A DNA stretch of 64,000 nucleotides from an uncultured Alphaproteobacteria bacterium (GCA_963799285.1 CAWCWK010000004.1:3225024-3289023); one strand, 5' to 3'. Positions 28,359 through 38,384 are shown, numbered from the stretch's first letter. A program made the numbers and translations. Notes: generated by a model not told the origin, from the letters alone.

Positions 28359-28421
28359 GTATCAGCGATGGGCGGTTGGAACTCTCGCGTCAACGTCCAG
28401 CGCCTCTGACGACACCAACTT

Positions 28422-30239
28422 TCACGCCCCAACCCTCGCTTGCGGCACCGCGTCGGCGATGCGGCGCAGGTCCGCTAGGAATCGGTTGTACTCCATCCGC
28501 TTTTGTTCCTCGTCCGGCAGGCGCAGGAGGAAGGAGGGATGGACGGTGACATAGGCCTGGAGGTCCTCGTCCATGTCGAAGACCGTGCCGCGCGACTTCA
28601 TCACGCCGATCTCTCGCCCGAAGATCGCCCGCCCGGCCGTCGCGCCGAGCGCGACGACCATCGCCGGACGCACGGCCGCGATCTCGCCCTGGAGCCAGAC
28701 ATTGCAGGCTTTGATCTCGGGCGTCGCCGGCTTCTGGTGGATGCGGCGGGGCCCGCGGGGGACGAACTTGAAGTGCTTGACGGCATTGGTGACGTAGACC
28801 TGTGCCCGGTCGATGCCGGCATCGGAGAGCGCGCGGTCGAAGACCCGGCCGGCCGGGCCGACGAAGGGCCGGCCGGCGATGTCCTCCTTGTCGCCGGGCT
28901 GCTCGCCGATGAACATCAAGGGCGCGTCGGGCGGACCCTCGCCGAAGACGGTCTGGGTGGCCGGGGCGTAGAGGGGGCAGAGCGTGCAGGCCTTGGCCGC
29001 GGCCTCAAGGGCGGAGAGGCTCTGGATCTCGCCGACCCGGGCTTCCTCGGTAATCGCGTCCGTGTCCGCGGGACGATCCGCATCGCCAGCGAAAAGGTCG
29101 TCTTGGGAGCGATCGCCCTGCGTGTGGCGTCTGTCCATGCTCCGAGCCTCCGCGATCGAACTGCCGTCTTGCGTTCCTTCAACGCCCGACGATTCGGTGC
29201 GTTCCGGCACGGACGAGGCCGGCTGCGCGCGCCCGCCGATCTCGGCCTCGACGCCGCGCCGGGGCTCGCTCATCGACGGCCTATAGGTCTCGAAGCCGAC
29301 GAGGCCGGCTTCGCGGCCGCGCGCGATCATCGCCTCGGTGCGCCGGCCCGCCTCCTGGATGAGCGGGCGGATGAGGCGGGCCTCGGGCAGGTTGCGCCAG
29401 TATTTCTTCGGCATCTCCGACGTCATGGCGTCGATCTTCAGCCGGGCGGGGTTGAAGATCGCGGTGTAGTAGGCGCGCCAGGCCTCCTCCATCGCATCGT
29501 CGGGCGGCGCGTCGGCCCGGGTGGCGCCGGCGCCGAAGGTGAGCGCTTCGCCGTCCCAGAAGGCGGAGAGGTCGGGCGTCAGGATCGCCCAGCGCATCTG
29601 CGTGAAGCGGCGCGCGAAGAAGGGCGCCGTATCGCGCAGCGTATGGTGCTCGGGCTCGAACCAGGCGACGTAGTCGGGCCCTTCGCCCGGTGTCGGCGCG
29701 TTGCCGATCAGCCCCTCGGCCTCGGCGACCGCCCGCGCGATGTCGCTCGCGCCCCTTCTCGTTCCTGCCACCTCGTCTGGCGCGTCGCCCGTGTGGCCGC
29801 GAAAGCGAACGAAGGCCTTCATCTTGTGCTGATCGCGGCGCACGGCCTTTCGCAACGTATGCAGCCGATGGACCTGCGGGTCGGACGAGATCTCCATCAA
29901 TCGCCGCTCTCCCGCCTCGATGCGCGCGAGGACGGTGTAAAGGAGGGCGAACCGCTCCCCGTCGCGATGCTGCACGGCCTCGCGCGCGGCCTCGACGAAG
30001 GCTGGCGGCACGCGCACCCCCCGGCCGTCCGGTGCCGGCGGCAGGGGGATGCCGGCGCCCAGTAGGTCGCCCGCCTCGCCCGCCACCCGCCAGACGATCG
30101 CATCGGACGGGAGCCCGAGGGCGAGCGCGGACCGCGCGGCCGCCCGCCAGCCCTCGAAATCGGAGGGGTGCGCCAGGAGGGCTTCATAGCGGGCACCCGT
30201 CTCGCGCCCGGGCTCGCCGCAGGGCGTGGGCTTTGTCAT
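28422..30239 (-). CDS. DUF4130 (TIGR03915-like) domain fused to a UdgX-type family-4 uracil-DNA glycosylase-like domain
   Basis: N-terminal domain: ...ERFALLYTVLARIEAGERRLMEISSDPQVHRLHTLRKAVRRDQHKMKAFVRF...IFNPARLKIDAMTSEMPKKYWRNLPE. C-terminal domain: ...CTLCPL...FIGEQPGDKED...VKHFKFVPRGPRRIHQKP...VTVHPSFLLRL. ATG 30239 was verified. Confidence 0.85.
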   Translation of the reverse strand: MTKPTPCGEPGRETGARYEALLAHPSDFEGWRAAARSALALGLPSDAIVWRVAGEAGDLLGAGIPLPPAPDGRGVRVPPAFVEAAREAVQHRDGERFALLYTVLARIEAGERRLMEISSDPQVHRLHTLRKAVRRDQHKMKAFVRFRGHTGDAPDEVAGTRRGASDIARAVAEAEGLIGNAPTPGEGPDYVAWFEPEHHTLRDTAPFFARRFTQMRWAILTPDLSAFWDGEALTFGAGATRADAPPDDAMEEAWRAYYTAIFNPARLKIDAMTSEMPKKYWRNLPEARLIRPLIQEAGRRTEAMIARGREAGLVGFETYRPSMSEPRRGVEAEIGGRAQPASSVPERTESSGVEGTQDGSSIAEARSMDRRHTQGDRSQDDLFAGDADRPADTDAITEEARVGEIQSLSALEAAAKACTLCPLYAPATQTVFGEGPPDAPLMFIGEQPGDKEDIAGRPFVGPAGRVFDRALSDAGIDRAQVYVTNAVKHFKFVPRGPRRIHQKPATPEIKACNVWLQGEIAAVRPAMVVALGATAGRAIFGREIGVMKSRGTVFDMDEDLQAYVTVHPSFLLRLPDEEQKRMEYNRFLADLRRIADAVPQARVGA

Positions 30240-30418
30240 AAGGGATGAGCTATGGCTGCGGGCGCGCGCGGCAAGGTCGTCCGGCCGGGACCGTTCCCAT
30301 GCCGGTCGGGACGACCCGCGTCTTGATTTGAGCGGCTGTCGATTCGATATGTCGCGCGAGCCCTTCGTCATCCAATCTCGCGCCGCCCGTGCCGGCGCCC
30401 GCCCGTTCGAGGATCCGC

Positions 30419-30448
30419 ATGACCGACGAAACCATGACAGACGAGACC
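30419..30448 (+). repeat. 15-bp tandem duplication that includes the grpE start codon ([10 protein letters not shown])
   Basis: atgaccgacgaaacc / atgacagacgagacc, read directly from the sequence. Confidence 0.9.
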
Positions 30449-31105
30449 CCCAAACCCGGCGACGAGGCGCCGACGGCACCCGATGCGGACGGCGCCGTCC
30501 CGCTCGGCGACCTCGCCGTGCTTGAGGCCCATCTCACCAAGATCGAAACCGAGCGATCCGAGTTGAAGGACCGGTTGCTGCGCATGCTCGCCGAGGCCGA
30601 GAACCTGAAGAAGCGCACCCAGCGCGAGGTCGCCGACGCGCGCCGGTACGCTGTCGCCGGTTTCGCGCGCGACATGCTCAATGTCGGCGACAATCTCTCC
30701 CGCGCGCTCGACGCCGTCGGCAGCACGGACGACAATCCGGCGCTGAAGACGCTCGTCGAGGGCATGGAGATGACGGCGCGCGAACTCGACCGCGCCATGG
30801 AGAAGCACGGCGTCGCCAAGCTGGAGCCGGAGGGAGAGCGCTTCGATCCCAACCTCCATCAGGCGATGTTCGAGGTGCCCAATCCCGAATTGCCCAACGG
30901 AACGGTCGTCCAGGTCCTCCAGGCCGGCTATACGATCGGCGATCGCGTCCTGCGTCCGGCCATGGTCGGCGTCTCCAAAGGGGGCGAGAAGGCGGGCGCG
31001 AGGGCGGCGACGGATGGCGATCCCGCCGAGGCGATGTCCGAACCCTCGGCGCCGGAGCCGCAGGAGCCCGTCGATCCCGGCATCCGCGTCGACCGGACGG
31101 TCTGA
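30419..31105 (+). CDS. grpE: Nucleotide exchange factor GrpE
   Basis: ...[50 protein letters not shown]...[12 protein letters not shown]...[26 protein letters not shown]. Confidence 0.93.
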   Translation: MTDETMTDETPKPGDEAPTAPDADGAVPLGDLAVLEAHLTKIETERSELKDRLLRMLAEAENLKKRTQREVADARRYAVAGFARDMLNVGDNLSRALDAVGSTDDNPALKTLVEGMEMTARELDRAMEKHGVAKLEPEGERFDPNLHQAMFEVPNPELPNGTVVQVLQAGYTIGDRVLRPAMVGVSKGGEKAGARAATDGDPAEAMSEPSAPEPQEPVDPGIRVDRTV

Positions 31106-31158
31106 GGCGCAGCCCGCTCCGTCACACGGCCCAGGAAGGTCGCAAAGCGCTTCAGCTC

Positions 31159-33147
31159 CTATTCGGCCAGAGCCTCGGCCAGCGCCGCGCGCGTCAGCGG
31201 CTTGGTCAGCCTGTCGGTGACGCCGGCCTCGCGAAGGCGCGCGGCCTCGGCCCCCTCCGTGTCGGCGCTGAGGATGATGACGCGGGGCGGCATCGTCTCG
31301 CGCAAGAGGCGGATGGCGAGTTCGGCGCCGCTGAGGCTGGGCAGATCGAGATCGGTGACGACGACGGTGAAGGGCGCATCCCCACGCGCCGCATCCTCCC
31401 AGATCCGCAGCGCCTCCGCCCCGTCGCGCGACCAGCGGACCGTCCAGCCCTCGGTCTCCAGGAGCCGGGTGGCCACGAGCCCGTTGACCGCGTCGTCCTC
31501 GACGAGGAGCACGCGCCGAGTGCCGGTCGTCGCGGTCCGGCTCGCCCCGCTGTCGTTCGTGACCTGTGCGACGAGGCTGCGTGGGCGCACGGGGGCGATG
31601 AGATAGCCGTCCAGTCCGGCCTCGCGCAGGGCGGGCAGCGCGCGGCGCTGATCGGGCCTGAGGATCGCCACGCGCCGCGCCGGCGCATCGCTCGTCATAT
31701 GGCCTGCAAAGGCGGCCGCGTCCCGGCCGGTCAGGTCGTGGAGGACCGTGTCCGGCCCCGCCTTCGCGCCAACGAGTTCCGCGCCCCGCACCGCGAGCCC
31801 CCGCGCGAGAAGCACGGAGGTGACCGGCCGGTCGGCATCGACGTGGACGCGGTGGCCCCGAAGATCCTTGCCGACGGATGGCCGGTCGCCAGGATTGCCC
31901 GAGGGCGACAGGACGAGCGGCAGCGAGACGGTGACCATCGTGCCGCGCCCGTCCGGCCCCGTGTCGAGCACGACCGTCCCATCCATCTCCCCGACCAGCC
32001 GTGCGACGAGGGCGAGGCCGAGGCCCGCCCCTTCGCGGGCGTTCGTCGTGGCGGCGCGCGCAAAGGTCTCGAACATGCGGTCCCGCTCCTCGGGCGCGAT
32101 GCCGACGCCGGAATCGAGGACGGCGATCCTCAGCCGCCCGTCCTCGGTCTCCTCCGCCACGATGCCGACACCGCCCTCGTCGGTGTACTTGACCGCGTTG
32201 CCGGCGAGGTTGAGGAGGACCTGTCGGAGGCGGCGCTCGTCGAGTACCAACTCGCGCGGCAGCGCGGGCGAGACGAAGGCGGCGAGGTCGAGCCCCTTGG
32301 CGTGCGCGCCCGGCGCGAGCAGTTCGGCCACATCGCCGATGAGGGCTCCAAGCCGCACAGGCGCCCGCACCGACGGCGCCGCAGAGCCCCCGCCGGCGCC
32401 CGAGAGGAGATCGTCGGTGAGGCCGCGCATCGCGCTGGCCGCGCGGAGGACGGCCTGCGCATAGGTCGATTGCTCTTCGGTCAGGTCCGTCTCGGCAAGG
32501 AGCCGCGCGACGCCGACGATGCCGGCGAGCGGATTGCGCAATTCGTGCCCGAGAACGGCTTGCCGGCCGGACCTCTCGGCCTCGCGCCGCAGGAGGATGC
32601 GCAGGCCCTCGCGCAGCGCGTCCCGCTCGGCCAGCGCCGGATCTCGCGCCTCGACCTCGGCGAGAAGGCGCGCGTTCTCCTGTTCCAGGTCATCGGCCTC
32701 CTGCGCCAGGTCCTCCAGGCGCCGCAGCACGAGGAGGCCGAGAAGGAGCGCGCCGAGACCTGCGCCGAGTAGGAGCGGCAGCAGCGCCCCGGCCGGCACG
32801 GCGAGCGTGGCGACGGCGAGGAGCGCCGAGAGGGGTATGGCGCGCAGGGCGAAGCGGCCCCAGGAGCGCTCGGCCTCGGCCTGCCCCTCATGTGGGCCGG
32901 GTATGCGCCTGCGCCTCGCCTTGACGCCGAAGCGGGGACGAAGCCGCCCGGCGCTGGCCCGCAGGCGATCGGCGCGGGCCTTGAGGCGAGCCCGGCGTGC
33001 CCTGGCCTGGGTGACGCGCGTTTCGGCCACATCCGCGTCGACCAAGTCTGTTTCGACCAGGTCCGTTTCGACCGAGTCCGTTTCGATCACGTCCGTCGCG
33101 TCCATGCCTTTCCCGGTCGTGTCTCCCGGCAGTCTGTCCGAGGTCAC
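31159..33147 (-). CDS. Hybrid sensor histidine kinase / response regulator
   Basis: It has TM segments, a coiled coil, a HisKA H-box (VLGHELRNPLAGIVGVARLL), a HATPase domain (...LNLAGNAVKYT...DSGVGI...GAGLGLALV), a degenerate middle receiver-like region, and a C-terminal receiver (RVLLVEDDAVNG...VVTDLDLPSLSG...KP). An alternative ATG lies at 33105. Confidence 0.88.
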   Translation of the reverse strand: MTSDRLPGDTTGKGMDATDVIETDSVETDLVETDLVDADVAETRVTQARARRARLKARADRLRASAGRLRPRFGVKARRRRIPGPHEGQAEAERSWGRFALRAIPLSALLAVATLAVPAGALLPLLLGAGLGALLLGLLVLRRLEDLAQEADDLEQENARLLAEVEARDPALAERDALREGLRILLRREAERSGRQAVLGHELRNPLAGIVGVARLLAETDLTEEQSTYAQAVLRAASAMRGLTDDLLSGAGGGSAAPSVRAPVRLGALIGDVAELLAPGAHAKGLDLAAFVSPALPRELVLDERRLRQVLLNLAGNAVKYTDEGGVGIVAEETEDGRLRIAVLDSGVGIAPEERDRMFETFARAATTNAREGAGLGLALVARLVGEMDGTVVLDTGPDGRGTMVTVSLPLVLSPSGNPGDRPSVGKDLRGHRVHVDADRPVTSVLLARGLAVRGAELVGAKAGPDTVLHDLTGRDAAAFAGHMTSDAPARRVAILRPDQRRALPALREAGLDGYLIAPVRPRSLVAQVTNDSGASRTATTGTRRVLLVEDDAVNGLVATRLLETEGWTVRWSRDGAEALRIWEDAARGDAPFTVVVTDLDLPSLSGAELAIRLLRETMPPRVIILSADTEGAEAARLREAGVTDRLTKPLTRAALAEALAE
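33037..33096. repeat. 15-bp tandem repeat, about 4 copies, encoding an acidic (TDxVE)n tract at the kinase N-terminus
   Basis: gtcgaccaagtctgt / ttcgaccaggtccgt / ttcgaccgagtccgt / ttcgatcacgtccgt. Confidence 0.9.
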
Positions 33148-33187
33148 GGGTCGACACCTCGGCTCATCCTGTGGCGAGATGGGCGCA

Positions 33188-34759
33188 TCAGGCCGAGGTC
33201 AGGGCTGGCGCGACGCCCGCTAGGGTGCCCGGCGCGACGTTCGGGCCGCGCTCCGGCCTGGCGCGATAGCTGAGGGCCTCGGCGACATGGACGCGCCCGA
33301 CCGTGGTCGCCGCGTCGAGATCGGCCAGCGTGCGCGCGACGCGCAGCACGCGGTGGTAGCCCCGCGCCGAGAGCCGCATCTGTTCGGCCGCGCGCTGCAT
33401 GAGCGCCACCCCGTCGGCATCGGGCCGCGCGACTTCCTCGACCGTGCGGGCCGGCACCGAGGCGTTGGTGTGGCCGGCCAGGTCCATCGCCGCGTAGCGC
33501 CGGGCCTGCAGGGCGCGCGCTCCGGCGACGCGAAGGGCGACCTCGGCGCTGCCCTCCGATGGGGCGGGCAGGAGTAGGTCCATCGCCGAGACGGCCGGCA
33601 CATCCATATGGATGTCGATCCGGTCGAGCATAGGTCCCGACACCTTGGCCTGATAGTCGGCCGCGCAACGCGCGCCCCGGCGGCAGGTGTGGCCGGGCTC
33701 GCCCGCCATGCCGCACCGGCAGGGGTTCATGGCGGCGACGAGCTGGAAGCGAGCCGGGTAGGTAACCCGGTGGTTGGCCCGCGCGATGACGGCCTCGCCC
33801 GATTCGAGCGGCTGGCGCAGTGCGTCGAGCGTGCGGGCGTCGAATTCAGGCAACTCGTCGAGGAAGAGCACGCCCTCATGCGCAAGGCTGACCTCGCCCG
33901 GGCGCACCTTCAGCCCGCCGCCGACGAGGGCGGCCATGGAGGCGGAGTGATGCGGGCTGCGGAAGGGCCGCGCCTCGCTGAGGCCCCCGTCGCTCGCGCC
34001 CGCGATCGAGTGGATCATGCTGACCTCGAGGAGCGCTTTGGGCTCCAGCGGCGGCAGGATGGATGGCAGGCGCTGCGCCAGCATCGACTTGCCGGAGCCG
34101 GGCGGTCCGCAAAAGAGGAGGTTGTGCGCGCCGCTGGCCGCGACCTCGAGCGCGCGCTTGGCGCTCTCCTGGCCCTTGATGTCGGCGAGGTCGGGCAGCG
34201 TGCCGGGGTCGGTGCGGCGCACGCCGGCGCGCGGCCGCGCGAGGGGCTGGTGGCCGGCGAGATGGTTGGCGAGCTGGATGAGGCTCTCGGCCGCGACGAT
34301 CTCCTGATCGTCGGAGGCCCAGGCCGCCTCCGGTCCGTTCCCGGCCGGGCAGATGAGCCCCTGTTCGCGGCCGTTGGCGGCCATAGCGGCGGGCAGCGCT
34401 CCGGCGACGCTCGTGATCGAGCCGTCGAGCGCCAACTCACCCAGCACGCAGAGGCCGGCAATGCTTTCGGGCGGGATCGCGCCCAGCGCCGCCATCAGCC
34501 CGAGCGCGATGGGCAGGTCGTAATGGCTGCCTTCCTTCGGCAAGTCGGCGGGCGCGAGGTTGACCGTGATTCGCTTGGCCGGCAGCGCCAGCCCTGAGGC
34601 CAGAAGCGCACCCCTCACCCGCTCGCGGCTCTCTCCCACCGCCTTGTCGGCCAACCCGACGATGGTGAAGGCGTTCAGGCCGCCGCCGATGAGGACCTGC
34701 ACGTCGACGGGCCGGGCATCGAGCCCCTCGAAGGCGACGGTGGAGACGCGCACGACCAT
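33188..34759 (-). CDS. YifB/ComM family Mg-chelatase-like AAA+ ATPase
   Basis: MVVRVSTVAFEGLDARPVDVQV...VGLADKAVGESRERVRGAL...ITVNLAPADLPKEGSHYDLPIALGL...LLFCGPPGSGKSMLA...VLFLDELPEF... Confidence 0.92.
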   Translation of the reverse strand: MVVRVSTVAFEGLDARPVDVQVLIGGGLNAFTIVGLADKAVGESRERVRGALLASGLALPAKRITVNLAPADLPKEGSHYDLPIALGLMAALGAIPPESIAGLCVLGELALDGSITSVAGALPAAMAANGREQGLICPAGNGPEAAWASDDQEIVAAESLIQLANHLAGHQPLARPRAGVRRTDPGTLPDLADIKGQESAKRALEVAASGAHNLLFCGPPGSGKSMLAQRLPSILPPLEPKALLEVSMIHSIAGASDGGLSEARPFRSPHHSASMAALVGGGLKVRPGEVSLAHEGVLFLDELPEFDARTLDALRQPLESGEAVIARANHRVTYPARFQLVAAMNPCRCGMAGEPGHTCRRGARCAADYQAKVSGPMLDRIDIHMDVPAVSAMDLLLPAPSEGSAEVALRVAGARALQARRYAAMDLAGHTNASVPARTVEEVARPDADGVALMQRAAEQMRLSARGYHRVLRVARTLADLDAATTVGRVHVAEALSYRARPERGPNVAPGTLAGVAPALTSA

Positions 34760-35009
34760 GAAGAAACGCTCTCCGCTATTCGAGCCGTTCGGGACGGGCG
34801 CCCAAGCGGCCCGCGGGATCGGATGGACGAGAGGTTAGGCGAGGGCCGGCGGGCGAACAAGCCGGGAACGCGGTCGGCGGGGGTGGAGAGGTCCATAGCT
34901 GTGGACAGACCCGTCGCCCGCGTCGTCGTCCGACCGCTCCTCCCTCATGGACAGCCGCATCTTGCCGGCGCTACAGCGATGATCGGCTCCCCAACGATCA
35001 GGACGGCAC

Positions 35010-35954
35010 ATGACAAAGGCTCCACCCCCCGTGATCGGCGGCATTGCGTCGGACTATCCGCGCGACATGGTCGGCTATGGCGCCCACCCGCCCGAGGCCG
35101 ACTGGCCGGGCGGCGCGAAGCTCGCCCTCCAGATCGTCGTTAACTACGAGGAGGGCGGCGAGAACAACATCCTCCACGGCGATGCGGCCTCCGAGGCCTT
35201 TCTCTCCGAGATCGTCGGCGCCGCGGCCTGGGAGGGCCAGCGGCACATGAACATGGAATCGATCTACGAATACGGCGCGCGCGCCGGCTTCTGGCGCCTT
35301 CACCGGGCCTTCACGGCGCGAGACATGCCCGTCACCGTCTTCGGCGTGGCAACGGCGTTGGCGCGGAACCCGGTCGCCGTCGCCGCGATGAAGGCGGCCG
35401 ATTGGGAGATCGCTTCGCACGGCCTCAAATGGATCGATTACCGCAACGTTTCCCGTGAAACGGAGGCGGCGCATCTGCGCGAGGCCCTGGCGCTTCACGA
35501 AGCCGTGACGGGGGCGGCGCCCGAGGGCTGGTACCTCGGCCGTACGTCGGAGAACACGCTCGGTCTCGTGCGCGACTATGGCCGCTTCCTCTATACGTCC
35601 GACAGCTACGCGGACGATCTGCCCTATTGGATCGGCGACGGCGCCGACGCCCATCTCGTCGTGCCCTATACGCTCGATGCCAACGACATGCGCTTCGCGA
35701 CGCCGCAGGGCTTCAACGCGGGCGACCAGTTCCTCGCCTACCTCAAGGATTCGCTCGACGTCCTCCTCGCCGAGGGCCGCGCCGGAGCACCGAAGATGCT
35801 GTCGGTCGGTCTCCACTGCCGCCTCGTCGGCCGACCGGGCCGGATGGCGGCGCTGGAGCGCTTCCTCGACTATGCGGCCGGTTTCGATGACGTCTGGATA
35901 TGCCGCCGGGCCGACATCGCGCGGCACTGGCGCGCCCGGCACCCGGCGCCGTGA
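35010..35954 (+). CDS. puuE: Allantoinase PuuE (polysaccharide deacetylase fold)
   Basis: ...[53 protein letters not shown]...WEIASHGLKWIDY...HLVVPYTLDANDMRF... Confidence 0.88.
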   Translation: MTKAPPPVIGGIASDYPRDMVGYGAHPPEADWPGGAKLALQIVVNYEEGGENNILHGDAASEAFLSEIVGAAAWEGQRHMNMESIYEYGARAGFWRLHRAFTARDMPVTVFGVATALARNPVAVAAMKAADWEIASHGLKWIDYRNVSRETEAAHLREALALHEAVTGAAPEGWYLGRTSENTLGLVRDYGRFLYTSDSYADDLPYWIGDGADAHLVVPYTLDANDMRFATPQGFNAGDQFLAYLKDSLDVLLAEGRAGAPKMLSVGLHCRLVGRPGRMAALERFLDYAAGFDDVWICRRADIARHWRARHPAP

Positions 35955-36011
35955 ACGCGAACGCCGCACCGGTCTCCCGGCGCGGCGTGGGCGTTCAGCA
36001 ACGATGTCCCG

Positions 36012-37136
36012 TCAGAAGATGAAGTTATCGGCCGTCAGCGCCGTATCGGTCACGCCGATCAGCGTCACCGAACCCTGGCCGGTGCTGATGACGGCATTGC
36101 CTCCGGCGTCCGCCGAAATCGAGACGCCGCTGAAATTGAAGATGCCTGGTACGAAGGACAGGCTGATCGCATCCGTGCCGACCTCGAAACCGTAGACGGT
36201 CGAGGCACCGGACGGGCCGGCCGCGAAGATGTCCCGCGCGCCGTCATTCGCGCCGAAATAGACGGTGTCGTCGCCCGACCCACCATAGATGGCATCGGCG
36301 CCTGCGCCGCCGAAGGCGACGTCGTTGCCCTCGCCGGTATAGATCACGTCGTCGCCCTTGCCGCCGCCGAGCGTGTCGGCGCCCGCGCCGCCGCCGAGAA
36401 TGTCGTTGCCGTCGCCGCCGAAGAGCGAATCGTCGCCCGAGCCGCCATAGGCGATGTCGTCGCCGCCGCCCGAGTTGACGATGTCGTTGCCCAGACCGCC
36501 GAAGCTCACGTCCTTGAAGAGGCCGCCGAAGAGGCTGTCATTGCCATCGCCGCCAAAGAGCGTGTCGAGCGTGTCGAGCGCCGTCTCGACAAGGGCGTTG
36601 ACGGCCTCGGCGTAGAGCCGGTCGTTGCCGAGAAAGCCGTAGAGCACGTCCGAGCCGAGCCCGCCCGAGACCACGTCGTCGCCCTCGCCGCCGCCGAGCG
36701 TGTCGGCGCCCGCGCCGCCGTCAATCGTGTCGGCACCCGCGCCGCCGAAGATCGCGTTGGCGAGATCCGTGCCGGTCAGAAGGTCGGCGCCGGCGCTCGG
36801 CGTGATTGTCACCGTCGGTACGGTGCCAGCGATGGTCTCCTGCAGCTGCGCCAGCGTGATGTCGCCATATTGCGCGAAATAGGCGTCGACCTCGGCCTTG
36901 CCGAGCGCGAGAAGTTCGTTCGGATTGGCTTGGAGGGTCGCGATGCCCGCTTTGATCTGCGGCAGGGCGGCGATGAGCGCCTCCTTGGCCGGACCGTCCG
37001 GGACGAGGTTGATCGTGTTCTCCAGCTGCGCGACGACCGCGTTCCAGTCGAAGCTCGTCGAGCCCAGGACGGAAAAGGCAAAGTCGTAATAGCCCTTGAG
37101 ATCACTCAGTTTCAGGCCGTTGAACGGATCGGTCAT
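36012..37136 (-). CDS. RTX-type calcium-binding repeat protein (GGxGxDxUx nonapeptides), probable T1SS substrate
   Basis: ...FGGAGADTIDGGAGADTLGGGEGDDVVSGGLGSDVLYG...YGGSGDDSLFGGDGNDILGGGAGADTLGGGKGDDVIY... It has a ~110-aa non-repeat N-terminal domain. Confidence 0.85.
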   Translation of the reverse strand: MTDPFNGLKLSDLKGYYDFAFSVLGSTSFDWNAVVAQLENTINLVPDGPAKEALIAALPQIKAGIATLQANPNELLALGKAEVDAYFAQYGDITLAQLQETIAGTVPTVTITPSAGADLLTGTDLANAIFGGAGADTIDGGAGADTLGGGEGDDVVSGGLGSDVLYGFLGNDRLYAEAVNALVETALDTLDTLFGGDGNDSLFGGLFKDVSFGGLGNDIVNSGGGDDIAYGGSGDDSLFGGDGNDILGGGAGADTLGGGKGDDVIYTGEGNDVAFGGAGADAIYGGSGDDTVYFGANDGARDIFAAGPSGASTVYGFEVGTDAISLSFVPGIFNFSGVSISADAGGNAVISTGQGSVTLIGVTDTALTADNFIF

Positions 37137-37244
37137 CGTCGGTTTGCCCCCTTAGGCGGTGTCAAAGTCCCGGCCCGCTATCGGCCGTGCCGGCACTGAT
37201 ATCGGCCTTGGGGCAATTTCAAGGCGATGGGAGGATAAGCCTTT

Positions 37245-38384
37245 TTAAGGATGCCCTCGGCTGCCCGAGGCGCGCTCCATCCAGGCAAGGAGGGCGAGAA
37301 CGGTGAGCGCCGCCAGTGCGAGCGCGGTCCAGGGGCTGTCGATGGCGAGAATGGCCAATCCTATCAGCGCCGTATTGACCAGGGCGACGCGGCCGGAGAT
37401 GGCCGCATGACCACGCGCGGCGGCGGCGCGTTGGTAGGCATGCGAGCGGTGCGCTTGCCAGATCCGCTCTCCCTGCACCAAGCGCTTGAGCAGCGTCAGC
37501 GTCGCGTCGGCGAGGGGGTAGGCGGCGAGGACGAGGGCGGCCGGCCCGAGCCCTAGCGTGGCCAGCACCAAAAGGCCGAAGCCGATAAGGTAGCCGATCG
37601 GGATCGAGCCGACATCACCGAGGAAGACCTTGGCCGGCGGCCAGTTGGCCCGCGCGAAGCCCAGGGCCGCGCCCCCGAGCGCCGGCGCGATCACGAGGCT
37701 CGCCATCAGGTGCGATGGCAAGGCGGCCGGGGCGCGGAACGCCAGCATCCCGCTCGCCGACGCGATCAGGACGAGCACCGTCCAGCCGGCGCAGAAGGGG
37801 GCGGTGTCGGCGATCGTGATGCCGTCGATGCCGTCCATGAAATTGGTGGCGTTCATCACCCACATCCAGGTCAGCCACGCGATCGCGAGATCGAGCCAGA
37901 GCGGCATCGGGAAGGAGGGCCCGAACGGTGTGAGAAGGGGCCTCAGAAGGGCCGCGACCGGACCGACGAGTGCCGTCTCGCCGGGCCACCCCATCACGAC
38001 CGCGAGGCCCAAGGCGACGGCCAGCCCCTGCGCGCCGAAGCGGAGCGAGACCGGAAGCGGTGCGCGATCGTCGCGCCAGGAGAGGGCCATGAGCGTGGCG
38101 GCGAGACCGAGGATCGCGGCCGCGCCGGCGAGCCAGCCGAGGGCGACGCCCATGGTCCCGAGAGCGACGCCCTTCATCGCCACGCCGCCGGCGGTCAATC
38201 CGGCGCCGACGGCGAGCCCCGCGCCGACCGCGATGCCCCCGCCGCGCGGCGTCGGCACGGTGTGGCTCGATCGGGCGTTCGGCCGATCCATCGCGCGCCT
38301 GCGCAGCATGGGAAGGAGACGCGGCGTCAGCAACAGCGTCGTCAGCGCGGCGATGATGGGCGCGAGGACGAGGACCAGCGTCAT
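37245..38384 (-). CDS. Glycosyltransferase family 4 (WecA/MraY-like polyprenyl-phosphate sugar-1-phosphate transferase)
   Basis: It is polytopic. Motifs: ...RRAMDRPNARSSHTVPTPRGGGIA...NATNFMDGIDGI... I set the start at ATG 38384 to avoid overlap with trmB. Confidence 0.8.
   Translation of the reverse strand: MTLVLVLAPIIAALTTLLLTPRLLPMLRRRAMDRPNARSSHTVPTPRGGGIAVGAGLAVGAGLTAGGVAMKGVALGTMGVALGWLAGAAAILGLAATLMALSWRDDRAPLPVSLRFGAQGLAVALGLAVVMGWPGETALVGPVAALLRPLLTPFGPSFPMPLWLDLAIAWLTWMWVMNATNFMDGIDGITIADTAPFCAGWTVLVLIASASGMLAFRAPAALPSHLMASLVIAPALGGAALGFARANWPPAKVFLGDVGSIPIGYLIGFGLLVLATLGLGPAALVLAAYPLADATLTLLKRLVQGERIWQAHRSHAYQRAAAARGHAAISGRVALVNTALIGLAILAIDSPWTALALAALTVLALLAWMERASGSRGHP

Noticed and set aside
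30322-30352. Possible sigma32 promoter upstream of grpE (CTTGAT...CGATATGT)
   Set aside because: The -35 element is good. The -10 matches CYTATNT or CCCCATNT at only about 4-5 of 7 positions, and the spacer is 1-2 nt too long. It is too weak to list as a feature.
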